Made by a program: the position numbers and the translations under genes. DNA of 64,000 nucleotides, from the NCBI RefSeq assembly GCF_036321535.1, contig NC_087436.1:31808001-31872000 (forward strand), in the 5' to 3' direction. The notes beneath the pieces are model-generated. The model worked only from the letters and a program-made list of their open reading frames with translations, made no database searches and was not told the DNA's origin. Shown in pieces: positions 40,791 through 51,496 of this stretch (position 1 is its first letter; the number at the start of each line of letters is the position of its first letter). The DNA is from Camelus dromedarius. Lineage: Eukaryota.

Positions 40791-41567
40791 AATTGTAAGT
40801 ATTTATTTTAATGGCATGAGTTAAGCCAATAATTTTGGAGTAGTTTGTTACATGGCAGTAGGTAACTACAACTGTCTCCTTTCATTTAAAGAGAAAAATT
40901 TGTGAATAGTAGTGTTAACTGAAGATTTTTCATTGTCCCTTCTGTTGCATCCATAAGCTGGCATTCCATCCTTGATGGGTAGGTGGCATTGCCATTAGTT
41001 ATAGAAACTGCTCCCAATTTTGTGCCCATCCACATGTAGCAGGTGGCCTGATCAGTCTTATTCTCTTCATGTCTTTTCTGGCATTATTGCCTCATGGATC
41101 ATGCACTACATTTGCCTCTTGGGAGTCAGCCACTTGCCTATGGACAGGTTAGCTGGTTTCTGCCAGTGCCTCTAATTCATTGGTGACCCATTTATTTCAA
41201 ATCCAGTGTCCAGGAGGCTCTTTTTCTAGAGACAGAACTTTAAGCAAAATTGATCAGTCTTTTTCCCCTCACACAGAAGTCTTGTCTAATTGGTAGATGG
41301 ATAATTTTGATATTACTAGAACTATTTTCCTGTTAAAATCATGATGATTTGTTTGGAATCTCATTTGAGTATGAGGCATTTACATACAGCTTTCTTAATA
41401 ATCAGTCCCTGTCTTGGAGCCTATGGACTCATGGTGAGCCTAAATGGATTAACATTTTTACAGTAACAATTTAAGTGTTCTATCTAGAGACTTCTTCAGT
41501 CTCCAAATCTCCAAAATTCAGCAATTAAGACATGGCCAGGTTTGTTCACTAGCTGTATGAATCTTAC

Positions 41568-41693
41568 CCACCAGCTTTCAAGTTTAGCTGATTCTTTCCT
41601 AAAAAGTACTTTAAAGGCATCATCTCATGTAACTCTCACATGAAATAGGAATTCTAGTTGCAAATGACAACACACTGGCACCTTTTAGGGCAC
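41568..41693 (-). pseudogene. Pseudo-exon 11 (126 nt): ALKGASVLSFATRIPISCESYMR*C / (1-nt frameshift) LKYFLGKNQLNLKAGG
   Basis: Acceptor ctttgctgtttgcag|, donor TGG|gtaaga. SF.TRI...K.QL..AGG resembles recalled DFNLRV...KKQIVVGG. Confidence 0.68.
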
Positions 41694-42715
41694 CTGCAAA
41701 CAGCAAAGCTGTAAATGTTAAATCAAACTGTGTCAGGGGTTTGCTCCACACATGTTGATTATTCTCTGGACACTCCAATGCTTTTGGTATGTAGAAGTTT
41801 CCCAGAGGTTAGGGGGGAAAAGCTAATCCCAGGCACTGCAAATGGGGGAGAGGAACAGAAGAAAGAAGCCAAAGAAGAAACAAAGATCCTTGACGTAATA
41901 AGACTTATCTATAAACCAGAGTATCTATAACTTAGGCCAGAGGGAAATATAGTAGATTTATATTCTTTCTTGCTATGTGTTTTATTGCAATACCATAAGA
42001 TTGTAGCAACAAAGGAAGAACAATAAGAAAAACACTGAAAGACAACAACAACAAGAATATTCCGACTGGCTGCTCACCCACCTCACGGTGATATTTTCTT
42101 TGGTCAAGTTGCTAATGTTATGATTGGAAGGGAGGGTGACTGGGGGATGGAGGTAGTGAGTATAGTCAGGGATAGTTCTTGGAAATCCTCAATCAAGTTC
42201 AACAGCATCTTGCTAAACCTCAAGCCTGGTAATTTATACACACTCTTGTACAAAAACACAGACACACTCTTCTGCTTTGGTTCTTTTGCAAAGGGAGGGC
42301 AGGTTAGCTGATGAGAAAGCTTGCATTACAAAGACTTCATTACTTTTACAAAATATGCACCCAAGGACATTTACTAGTGTACTGAGAGCTATTATCATAA
42401 ATAATTAAAACTAAACTCTTCTTCTCTAAATAAATGTATAAAGTACATTGGGTGATTCCGAGCACTAAGCTTTCTCAACATACTGCTTTGTCGCCTTACA
42501 AAGCAAGAACCCACTCAGGCCATTAAATTCACATTCCTGGTTTTTCCAGAGAGATTTTATAAAGCAAATTCAGATGGGGCACAAAAACTTAGGAGGTTAA
42601 ACTCCTACTTTCTAGTTGGCCTTTTTTCCCCTGCAGTAATTATTTACAAGAAAGTGAAAATGATAATAGAGATCTTTGCAGAAAGGACCCTAACACCAGT
42701 ACTTTACACAAATAC

Positions 42716-42910
42716 TTTGACACGCAGTTCAAAAAGCCTGGATGTCAAGCACCACGACATTTCTCAAGCATCGCTGCCATCGGGTAGCCACTGTGATTTG
42801 TGTTGAGGAGTTTCCTTCTGTAGTCTTCCCGATTCAAAGAATATAAAATGCAATCATCATAATATGACCAAAAGGATTTCCCATGTCCATTAACCTAACA
42901 TATACTTCAG
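42716..42910 (-). pseudogene. Pseudo-exon 10 (195 nt, phase 1 to 1): EVYVRLMDMGNPFGHIMMIAFYIL*IGKTTEGNSSTQITVATRWQRCLRNVVVLDIQAF*TACQ
   Basis: Acceptor tgtttttgcgcaatag|; weak donor A|gtattt (alternative TGT|gtaaag at 42708). WQRCLRNVVVLDI resembles recalled FSRCHVHNFIILNV. Confidence 0.62.
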
Positions 42911-43026
42911 CTATTGCGCAAAACACTGAATTGGATATCTAACTACTGCTTGGCTTGCTTCTGTGTTAGGCCTGGAGGAGACTGAGGTAGCCTTGAGAGT
43001 GACAAGCTATTTTAGGGTCGATTTCT

Positions 43027-43170
43027 TTCTTTCTTTGTTTCTTTCTTTAATTTTATTTGGGGATGGGGAGGTAATTCGGTTTATTTATTTTTAGAGGAGG
43101 TTCTGAGTGTTGAACCCAGGACCTCATACATACTAAGCATGTACTCTACCACTTGAGCTATACCCTCCCC
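43027..43170 (-). mobile_element. Camelid-type tRNA-derived SINE (Vic-1-like)
   Basis: Minus strand ggggagggtatagctcaagtggtagag...cctgggttcaa (A/B boxes) and A-rich tail. TSD tagggtcgatttct 43013-43026 / tagggtcaatttct 43171-43184. Confidence 0.88.
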
Positions 43171-43502
43171 TAGGGTCAATTTCTATTGTCAGGATTCCCC
43201 TTAGTTGGTTGGTTGACTTCCAGGATTATCCTGATTTTAGTCTTCAGAAGAGAAATAGTTCTCTGGGATTCTGAAGTATCCCGGAAACCTTGAGGTCCTC
43301 TAAAGTTAATCTGACCCAGTTCAATTTTTGAAATTGAACTTTCATTCAAAAACATTTCACAGAGACTCTAACCTAGGTTTAGTCCTGGGGTTTCTTTAAG
43401 CAAAGCTCGATCTCGTCTTCCTCCATCCTTAAACTTTAAACTTCCTCCATCTTTAAACTCAACAGAAATCTGCTAAAGAACTCAGGTTCTCTATATTGCT
43501 AC

Positions 43503-43666
43503 CTATAGACTGATGAGAATCAGGTGGTCTCCAAATCAAAAGGCTCATGCCAGATTTCAGGAAAACCCATGTCAAATATACATCACTATCATGATAAGTT
43601 AAAGTAACAACTAAAGGATAAGCAAAGAATTTGAGAAGATTGATACGTAACTTCATTTTAAATAAC
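43503..43666 (-). pseudogene. Pseudo-exon 9 (164 nt): LFKMKLRINLLKFFAYPLVVTLTYHDSDVYLTWVFLKSGMSLLIWRPPDSHQSI
   Basis: Acceptor gtttcag|, donor AG|gtagca; 54 stop-free codons (ORF track 43459..43656). YPLVVTLTYHDSDVY resembles recalled WPFIVISDDSCVM. Confidence 0.62.
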
Positions 43667-44875
43667 CTGAAACTTATTATCAGTAATCAGAGAGAGGTAT
43701 GGCAAAACAAACTACAAGCTTCATTTTGCCCAAATCTTTAAACCCATCCTCTGTCAGCTTCTTCATGAAAGTTGAAGTTATCATGGTCTTCTGACTTGCC
43801 TGGCTCCCTTTCACTTTAACCATGCCACCCACCACCAGCTTCAGCAGGATCAGTAGTCTAGGATGTTCAAACACATGGGTTAAGTCCACTCTCTGGTCTT
43901 GATCTCTGTTTATTCTTTCTCCTTCCCTACAAATTCTAGAGACATGCATAACCCTGAAGAGGCATCTGGGTTTATTTAATGTGTCAAATTGGCTCGATTA
44001 AAATGTCACATTTGACAGATTGGTATTATACCTTATATTAGAATTTCTATCACCCATTCCATCATTGGTTCTATATAGAAACAAGAGAATCATTCAAAGG
44101 TTAGTGGCCAGAGGAGGTAAAACCATGAGGGCACATAATTAGAAGCCAAGGTGTAGGCAGAGATGAGATTTTAGAGGCATTAAAAGTCCTTCTCAATCCA
44201 AACTACCTTCCTTTTTTGTTCCCACCATAGGCTGTTTCCTCTATCGTGTTGGAAAATGTCATATTACCCTCCTTTTGGGCTAAAAAAATGTTAGAAAATA
44301 TGGGGCACCCATGCCATCACTGCCCTTTCCTCTCTCAGGTTAGACAGCACTAATCTACCATGATTTTCTGCTTTGTTAATCTTAGATTTGCCCTTACAGT
44401 ACCTCTCAATGCACTAGAGAGAAAGAGCCACTATCAACTATTGATGTTAACCCTCTAGAAGAAACTGCTGTTCTAAGATTAAGACTCTGAAGTCTTAAAA
44501 ACTAAATGAAGTGTCAGTCACAATGTCATTCTTAGGCATAAAAACTCTAAAGCTGAAATGTTTATATCAGCAGACTGTAAGACCTGCTGAAATGGGAAAA
44601 TATTTGCTAGAGAAGAAAGAAAGGAAAGGTTGAGGTATAAATTTGGAGCAAATTCTGAAAAAGGGAAGATTAGATTGCAGAATGAGTAATCACTCCCTAC
44701 ACTGTCTGTCTGGTGCAGATGAAGTTTTCATAAAGCAGTAATTTTTCAGTATGAAAACACTAGACTTTCAATCCATTTGTTATCTTTTTTTACTCAATCA
44801 GAGACTAAGATATGACCTATTTTTATAAATATTTATCATGTAGACAGAAAGGAGAGATCATTTTGCCATTCTCAC

Positions 44876-44899
44876 CTCTCCTGTGAAGTTTATCCTGTT
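44876..44899 (-). pseudogene. Pseudo-exon 8, 24-nt microexon (phase 1 to 1): QDKLHRR
   Basis: Acceptor tttcctcactttctcatttgtag|, donor GAG|gtgaga. Confidence 0.55.
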
Positions 44900-45239
44900 C
44901 TACAAATGAGAAAGTGAGGAAATCTGTTGAAGAATAAGTTCAGAAAGCAGAAAAGTGTGATACAAGGTACACAGATAAAGCCTGGTAAAAATAAAATCAA
45001 AGAACCTTAGTATATTAATTATAGCAGCAAAAGCTTTTGCTGTCAGGGAACTGGTGGAGGCTGGCTCTTCAAGTTGTTAGAACTTGGAAATCTGCAAACT
45101 GGGGGACTGCTTCTGCATTCGGGGTGGGGGAAGGGAAGCAGAATTTGTCCTTAGGTCAAGTACACATTTCTGTTCAGGAAGTACCACTTTGGTAAATCTT
45201 TTAGTAATACAAATGTTAGGTCAGTTAGTCCCCACTGGG

Positions 45240-45600
45240 GTTAATCCACTTGGACTTCTATCACAGAATACAATAGACTGGTAGCTTATAAAGAACAGAA
45301 ATTTATTTCTCCCAGTTCTGGAGGCTGGAGGGCCAAGATTAAGCAAGGTAGAGCATGGTCATGTTCTGGTGAGGACCCGATGCCTTGTTCACAGCTGGTG
45401 GCTTCTCCCTGTGTCCTCAAATGGTGGAAGGGATTAGGGGATCTCTCTGGAGCCTCTTGTAAGGGCATTAATTCCATTCATGGGGACTGCACTCTCATGA
45501 CTTAAGCACCTCCCCCAAACCCCACCTACAAATACCATCACACTTGGGTTAGACTCTTAACCTATGAATTTTGAGGGGAATACAAACATTCAGACCATAG
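45240..45600 (-). mobile_element. MaLR solo LTR (MLT1A-like)
   Basis: aacagaaatttatttctcccagttctggaggctgga...aagggcattaattccattcatg...aaacattcagaccatagca. Confidence 0.85.
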
Positions 45601-45950
45601 CATCACCCCTCAAGGGAAGCCCTGAACCAGCAAATAATACAAATGCAAAAACTGATGTCAACGTTCTGCTTAGCCATTTAAATTAGTTCCTTATCAGAAA
45701 TAGATAATACCTCTTCAGAGATGGAAAATATTTTCCTCCACAATCTAAATTATTCTGAATCAACTGCCCTAAGCCTAAAAATTATTTCTTTCCTGGAAGA
45801 TACATGGTTAATAATTTTTTCACAAGGAGATCAGGAAACCATATTGTGGCAAGAAGGATGTTCAAGCTAAACTTTTCTCTAGTTTATGGCTGAGGAAATA
45901 GAATCCCAAGGAAATGGATGAGCATGTGTTCATGCTACTTAGGATGTATA

Positions 45951-46180
45951 CAGGGCTGGCTACACAATTTGTGTACCCAGTGCAAAATGAAAATTTTTGT
46001 TTTTGAACAAGGATCCCCTTGTTCAAAAAGCAAGGAAAAAATGGCATTAAAGGTACCAAAATATAAAGCTTTTTCCTTTCTCCTATTGTCTCTTTCTTTC
46101 ACGGTGTTTTCTTATTTGCTATTTAACGTCCCACTCTCTCAGGCACTGGGATGCTCACAGGCAAGAGCAGATCCTCGAGG
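45951..46180 (+). mobile_element. MER45C-like hAT-Tip100 element, 5' part (appears to resume at ~53150-53230 after the ERV)
   Basis: cagggctggctacacaatttg...cccagtgcaaaatgaaaa...ccccttgttcaaaaagca...taaaggtaccaaaatataaagctttttcctttc. Confidence 0.75.
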
Positions 46181-46326
46181 GACCAACAAACACTCGCTCC
46201 TCGAGGAAACTGTAAACTCCTCCGAACCTCTCCCGGACCAGGCCTCAGCTGTGGCCCCCCACCCTGCTGCACCACCCAACTCCAGCAAGGAGCCTGCGAA
46301 GTCAGTTTAGAGAGAATCTGCCTACT

Positions 46327-47192
46327 CTTTTTTTCTTTTTTTTTTCAATTGAAATATAGTTGATTTACAGTGCTGAGTTAGTTTCTGGTATAGAGCATAG
46401 TGATTCAATTATACATGTATATATTCTTTTTCACGATAGGTTATTACAAGCTATTGGATATAGTTTCCTGTGCTGTACAGTAGGACCTTGTTGTTTATCT
46501 ATTCTGTATATAGTAGTGTGAATCTGCTATCCCAAACTCCTAATTTATCCCTTCCCTCTCTTTCCCTTTTGGCAAACATAAGTTTGTTTTTTATGTCTGT
46601 GAGTCTGTTTCTGTTTTGTAAATAAGTTCATTTGTGTCATTTTTTAGATTCCACATAAAAATGATATCATATGACATTTGTCTTTCTCTGTCTGACTTAC
46701 TTCACTTAGTATGATAATCTCTAGGTCCATCCATGTTGCTGCAAAAGGTATTGTTTCATTCTTTTATGGCTGAGTAATATTCCTTTGTGTATGCACATAT
46801 ATACGTACACACACACCACATCTTCTTTATCCAATCACATGTCAATAGACATTTAGGTAGCTTCCATGTCTTGGCTATTGTAAATAGTGCTGCTATGAAC
46901 ATTGGGGTGTATGTATCTTTTTGAATTAAAGTTCCCTCTGGAGATATTCCCAGGACTGGGATTGCTGGATCATATGGTAAGTCTATTTTTAATTTTTTGA
47001 AGAATCTCCTTACTGTTTTCCGTAGTGGTTGCACCAATTTACATTCCCACCAATAGTGTAGGAAGGTTCCCTTTTCTCTACATACTCTCCAGCATTTATT
47101 GTTTGTGGACTTTTTAATGATGGCCATTCTGACCACTGTGAAGGGATACTTCTTTGTAGTTTTGATTTGCATTTCTCTGGTAATTAGCAATA
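46327..47192 (-). mobile_element. 5'-truncated camelid/artiodactyl L1 inserted in the 5' LTR
   Basis: ORF 46756..47190 encodes an ORF2 C-terminus ([27 protein letters not shown]...); 3'UTR and T-tract at ~46327-46346. Confidence 0.92.
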
Positions 47193-49224
47193 ATGTGTCT
47201 TGTTGTCTCCTCTTAGTAAATTTTTACCCACGGACTCCCCCAGCCTCTGCCCCTTAGCTATAAATCTCCACTCATACTTGCTATATTTAGAGTTGAGCCC
47301 TGTCATTCTCCTCTATTGCCAATCCTGACACCTTTCAAAACAGTCCTGAATAAAGTCTTCCTTACTGTTTTAACAAGTGTTGGAGTACATTTTTCTTTAA
47401 CAGTTATGTTGCTGTAACTTAGATAGGATAAGATTCATCATCAGAGCTCTGGGCTGGAAGTTCTCCTTGGCTCTTTGTTTCAAATGGAGATTTATTCCCT
47501 GACTCCTGGGCAGGAAATTTCTTTTCTGGCACCTTGTGAAGCCTCTTTGTTCTCTCCATTTGACCCTGCCTCTCCCATAAGAACTTAGTTGATTGGAATG
47601 CCCTTCTCAAACTCTTGCAAACTATATGCTCCACCATTACTGCACTAACTGTCCATTTCCTCTCTTGTTTGCATGATTTTACAAAGGATAATTTGGAACT
47701 AAAGATCTCTCTGAACTGGCACATCTAAGACCTCTGCCTTTCACCTTCACTCTTCCCCTCATTCCTTGAATCTTTTGATATGTCCACCTTCAAACTCCCG
47801 CCTCCTCTGTCCCTCCAGCTACCCCTGTTAGACCTTTTCTTTCCCCTCTAGGCCCCCAACTCCCCACAGGCAATAGAACTTTAAGCCCCTTGCCCCCATG
47901 GGGGGCTCTCAAGGGACTAAGGAACCCCTGGAAGCAACTATCTGAGGCTGAAAAGGGGAAAAAGGCTAACTGTAAACAGACTGGCTATTTCATCCACTCA
48001 GATGAGCTTTGGAAACATTCAGACAACTGATTGATCTCCGCTCAGTCTCTCACCTAAAATTCAGTCTACAGCCTCCTTAAGATTATGTATGAGAGCAAAA
48101 GAAAATCTTCATGTTTCCTCCACAAATACTGGTAAAATCCTTTAGCTCTCTATTGAGTAGGTAATCTCAACTTGCTCTGTTCGCCAGAAACACAATTCAG
48201 ATAAAAATGGAAAGTGGACCAAAGATGAGACCCAGCTACTTCTTATAAATTACCGAGTTTATGTTACTATGTTTATCAAACTCATAGCTAAAATTTTAGA
48301 ATGGAAGTTATTAGGTCTCTATTTGTGTCTATATACTTGTATGTGTTTATATATGTATATATGCCATATACACATGACATTTTTCTACCTTTGGATGGTA
48401 TTACCAAATTAACTTACAAAATCCCATAAAATAGTTCTCAAATTGGTTTAGAGATAAATAAGCACTTATATAAATAAGTTATTCCTAAAACTCTCAGAAA
48501 TTTAAAAACTAACTCAAATGGTTTTGAAGCTCATGTGACTTGAGTAAATCTTTGATAAATAAAACTAGTTTGGTATCATTGGTTCAATAAAAATGACTAT
48601 GTCTTCACAATTTCAGCATTAAGTAAAATTTTAATTTTACTTGGGTCTAATAAGGTAAGTCAAAGAAGATAATATTATATCAACTAGATGTTTAAGATGA
48701 TAAAAATTATAATTTCAACCCAAGAACAGTTGGTCAAGTAAAGATGTAGTATAAATAAATGTTTTGATACCATTATCCACTATTTCATGCATATCCAGCA
48801 CAGCAATAAAACAAAAAACCCCATGTATTTAACCTTTATAGGTTTTACTCTTGTGATACTTGCCTAACGTGCACATGCCATCAAAATAATTTACAGGGTA
48901 ATAACTTGAGATGATGATTAACTTTGTTTAATAACATGTCTTCCTTAAAACAGTTTCCAAAGTCTTTTTGGTAACTTGCAGCCTTAGAGTTATGCTAAGT
49001 CAAGTAACATATATGTGTTAAAATAGATAGATCATTTCTAAGTAAGATAAACTACTAAAATATTCATTACTAAGCAGAAGTTTAAGTTTACATACTTTTG
49101 GCTTCTTATTTTATATTGTACAGAGAAGGTAAATGTATTTGGGTTTGTTAATAAACATATTCTTTTTGCCATGTTGAAAAGTTGCACTATGAGGAAGCAT
49201 ATATCTATAAAAGTTGTGAGATGG

Positions 49225-49666
49225 AGTGATGGTTAATTTTATGTGTCAACTTGACTCAGCTAAGGGATGTCCAGATATCTGGTAAAACATTACTTCCCAG
49301 TGTGTCTGTGACAGTGTCTCTAGAAGAGATTAGCAGCTGAATAGCAGACTGAGTAAGAAAATGGCCCTCACTAATGCTGTGCGCGTCATCCAATCCAACT
49401 AGGGCCTGCATAGAACAAAAACATGGAGGAAAAGTGAATTCCCTCTCTTTTCTTAAGCTGAGACATTGTCTTTTCCTGGGACATCAGTACTCCTAGCTCT
49501 TGCACTTTTGGACTCAGACTGGGACTTATACCATCAGCCCCTCAATCTCAGGCCTTCAGATTCAGACTGAATTACACCACTACCTTTCCTGGTTCACCAG
49601 TTTGCAGACAGCAGACTTCTTGGCCTCCATGATTGTGTGAGCCAATCTCTCTGGTAAATCTCCTCT

Positions 49667-49707
<41 letters not shown>

Positions 49708-49748
49708 ATTTATTTATTCTGTTTCTGTGGAGAGCCTTGACTAATACA
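49225..49748 (+). mobile_element. ERVL solo LTR (MLT2-like) with internal (TG)n, nested in the ERV1 internal region
   Basis: gtgatggttaattttatgtgtcaacttgac...gactaataca; 5-bp TSD gatgg 49220-49224 / gatgt 49749-49753. Confidence 0.88.
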
Positions 49749-51400
49749 GATGTCATATTCATAAAATATGCTAGTCTACAGAATGGTGGTATGTGACAGA
49801 CAATCATGTCTACTTCCTGATATTCTCTGTTAGAAAAAAGAGGTTACCAATGGGTAAGAATTATAATAAGTATATATAAATAAAACTACTGCAAATAATA
49901 AGAGTAAAGAGAAACAACTTTGCATGAAGAAAATACAAGAAATGTAGGGTGTATTTTCATTAAGGGAAAAAGAATAACTTTGTCCTAAATTAAGTGACTG
50001 GTTGCCCCAGTGTGAGAAAGAGGACAAAAGCGGAATGAATATAAAATACTGAAGAAAATTTGTAGAAAAGGAATCTTGGAAAAGAAATCTTATCTTGCCT
50101 GGTCAGAGCTAGCTCACATTGGATGTTTATTTATAAGGTTTTTTTAAAAAATGAACTTTGATATCAAAAGTGCACTTATGCAAAACTAGAATTTGGTTTT
50201 CTCTCTCTCTGTTAAAAATAATAAGATTTTCTTGGATTATAGGTCTGCTCTTAATAAGAGATTATAAAATATTTGTCTTCACCTTTTGCATAATATGCTT
50301 AGGAAAACAAGATTTTGTATCTGTTTGGAATAATTTCCTGTGCTTTATGTTAACCTTTATCACATCCTTGATTATTTAAGAGAACCAAGTCATCTCACTT
50401 TTTTAAAAAGCTAAGGTTTTTTGTTTTTGTTTTTGTTTTTTACAATCATGTTACCTTCTATCGTTACTTTTAAATTCTTTTGTTACTTTGGTTAAATAGG
50501 AAGCTGAGAATTGTTACACAGTGACCTATGATCTTATTTAATCAAGTATTCAAACCTTTGACATTTTGGACAATTATGCTTTCCTAATGTCATATTCTAA
50601 ATGAAATCTTGATATTGAACTGAATTTGAGACTTTCCAGAGGGCCTCCAGAAAATCTCAAAGGTTTTGTTCTTTTACCTTGTAAAAAAAAGAGATGTTAA
50701 AAAATAATTAGGTTTATTTGGATGTTGAATGGCATGAAAACCATTGTCAAGTAAGAAGGGATGCTTAACTTTCCCTAGGTTACATTTTTATGGGTTAATG
50801 TCATTAATATAAATATTTCAGAAATCACATACGGTTTATAGAAATTTGTCCATACTCTTGGTGTCCATAACATGTCCAGTACTGATACTTTCTTGAAAGT
50901 GTTTGCAATCAGTTACAGGCCAGAGTGCTTCACCTTCAACAAAAAGAGATGGATTCAGAGACCCATGGGAAATTATGTGACGGGTACTCTGGGAAACAGG
51001 CTTTTGGTGGCACTGCTTAAATAACTTTGAGACCATACCACTGAAATGAGTAAGAATTTCCAGAACTCTAGTTGAGAAGCCAACAGGGTCATAAAACTGC
51101 TAAAATTAAGCAGAAGAAAAATTAATTACATGGGATTGAATGATCTGACTAAGGATAATTATGACTTTTTCTTTGGAACTTTGATAGTCCTTTAATGTTC
51201 TATTTTCTAATATAATGTACTCCTTTCTCTTTTCTGTTAAGCTATGCACAATCCACAACAATTTAATAATTATATTTTTATGAACAGAAATGGAACACTT
51301 ATTCTCCCTGCCTGATTCCTCCAGAATTAGCAAATTCTTATTGAGCATTTCTATGGCAAAATAATTAATTGCATGAGTTCAATAAGAATCTGTGCTTTTT

Positions 51401-51496
51401 AATATATATGTGTGTATGTATAACTGAATCACTATGCTGTACACCAGAAACTAACACAACATTGTAAGTCAACCACACGTCAATAAAAAAAAAAAA
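51401..51496 (+). mobile_element. Extremely 5'-truncated L1 3' tail
   Basis: tgtataactgaatcactatgctgtacaccagaaactaacacaacattgta, A-tail. TSD aagaatctgtgcttttt 51384-51400 / aagaatctgttcttttt 51497-51513. Confidence 0.88.

Noticed and set aside
41190..41225. Minus-strand LLDTG resembling a retroviral aspartic-protease motif
   Set aside because: Isolated five-residue match followed soon by a stop, with no other gag/pol similarity that I can recognise.
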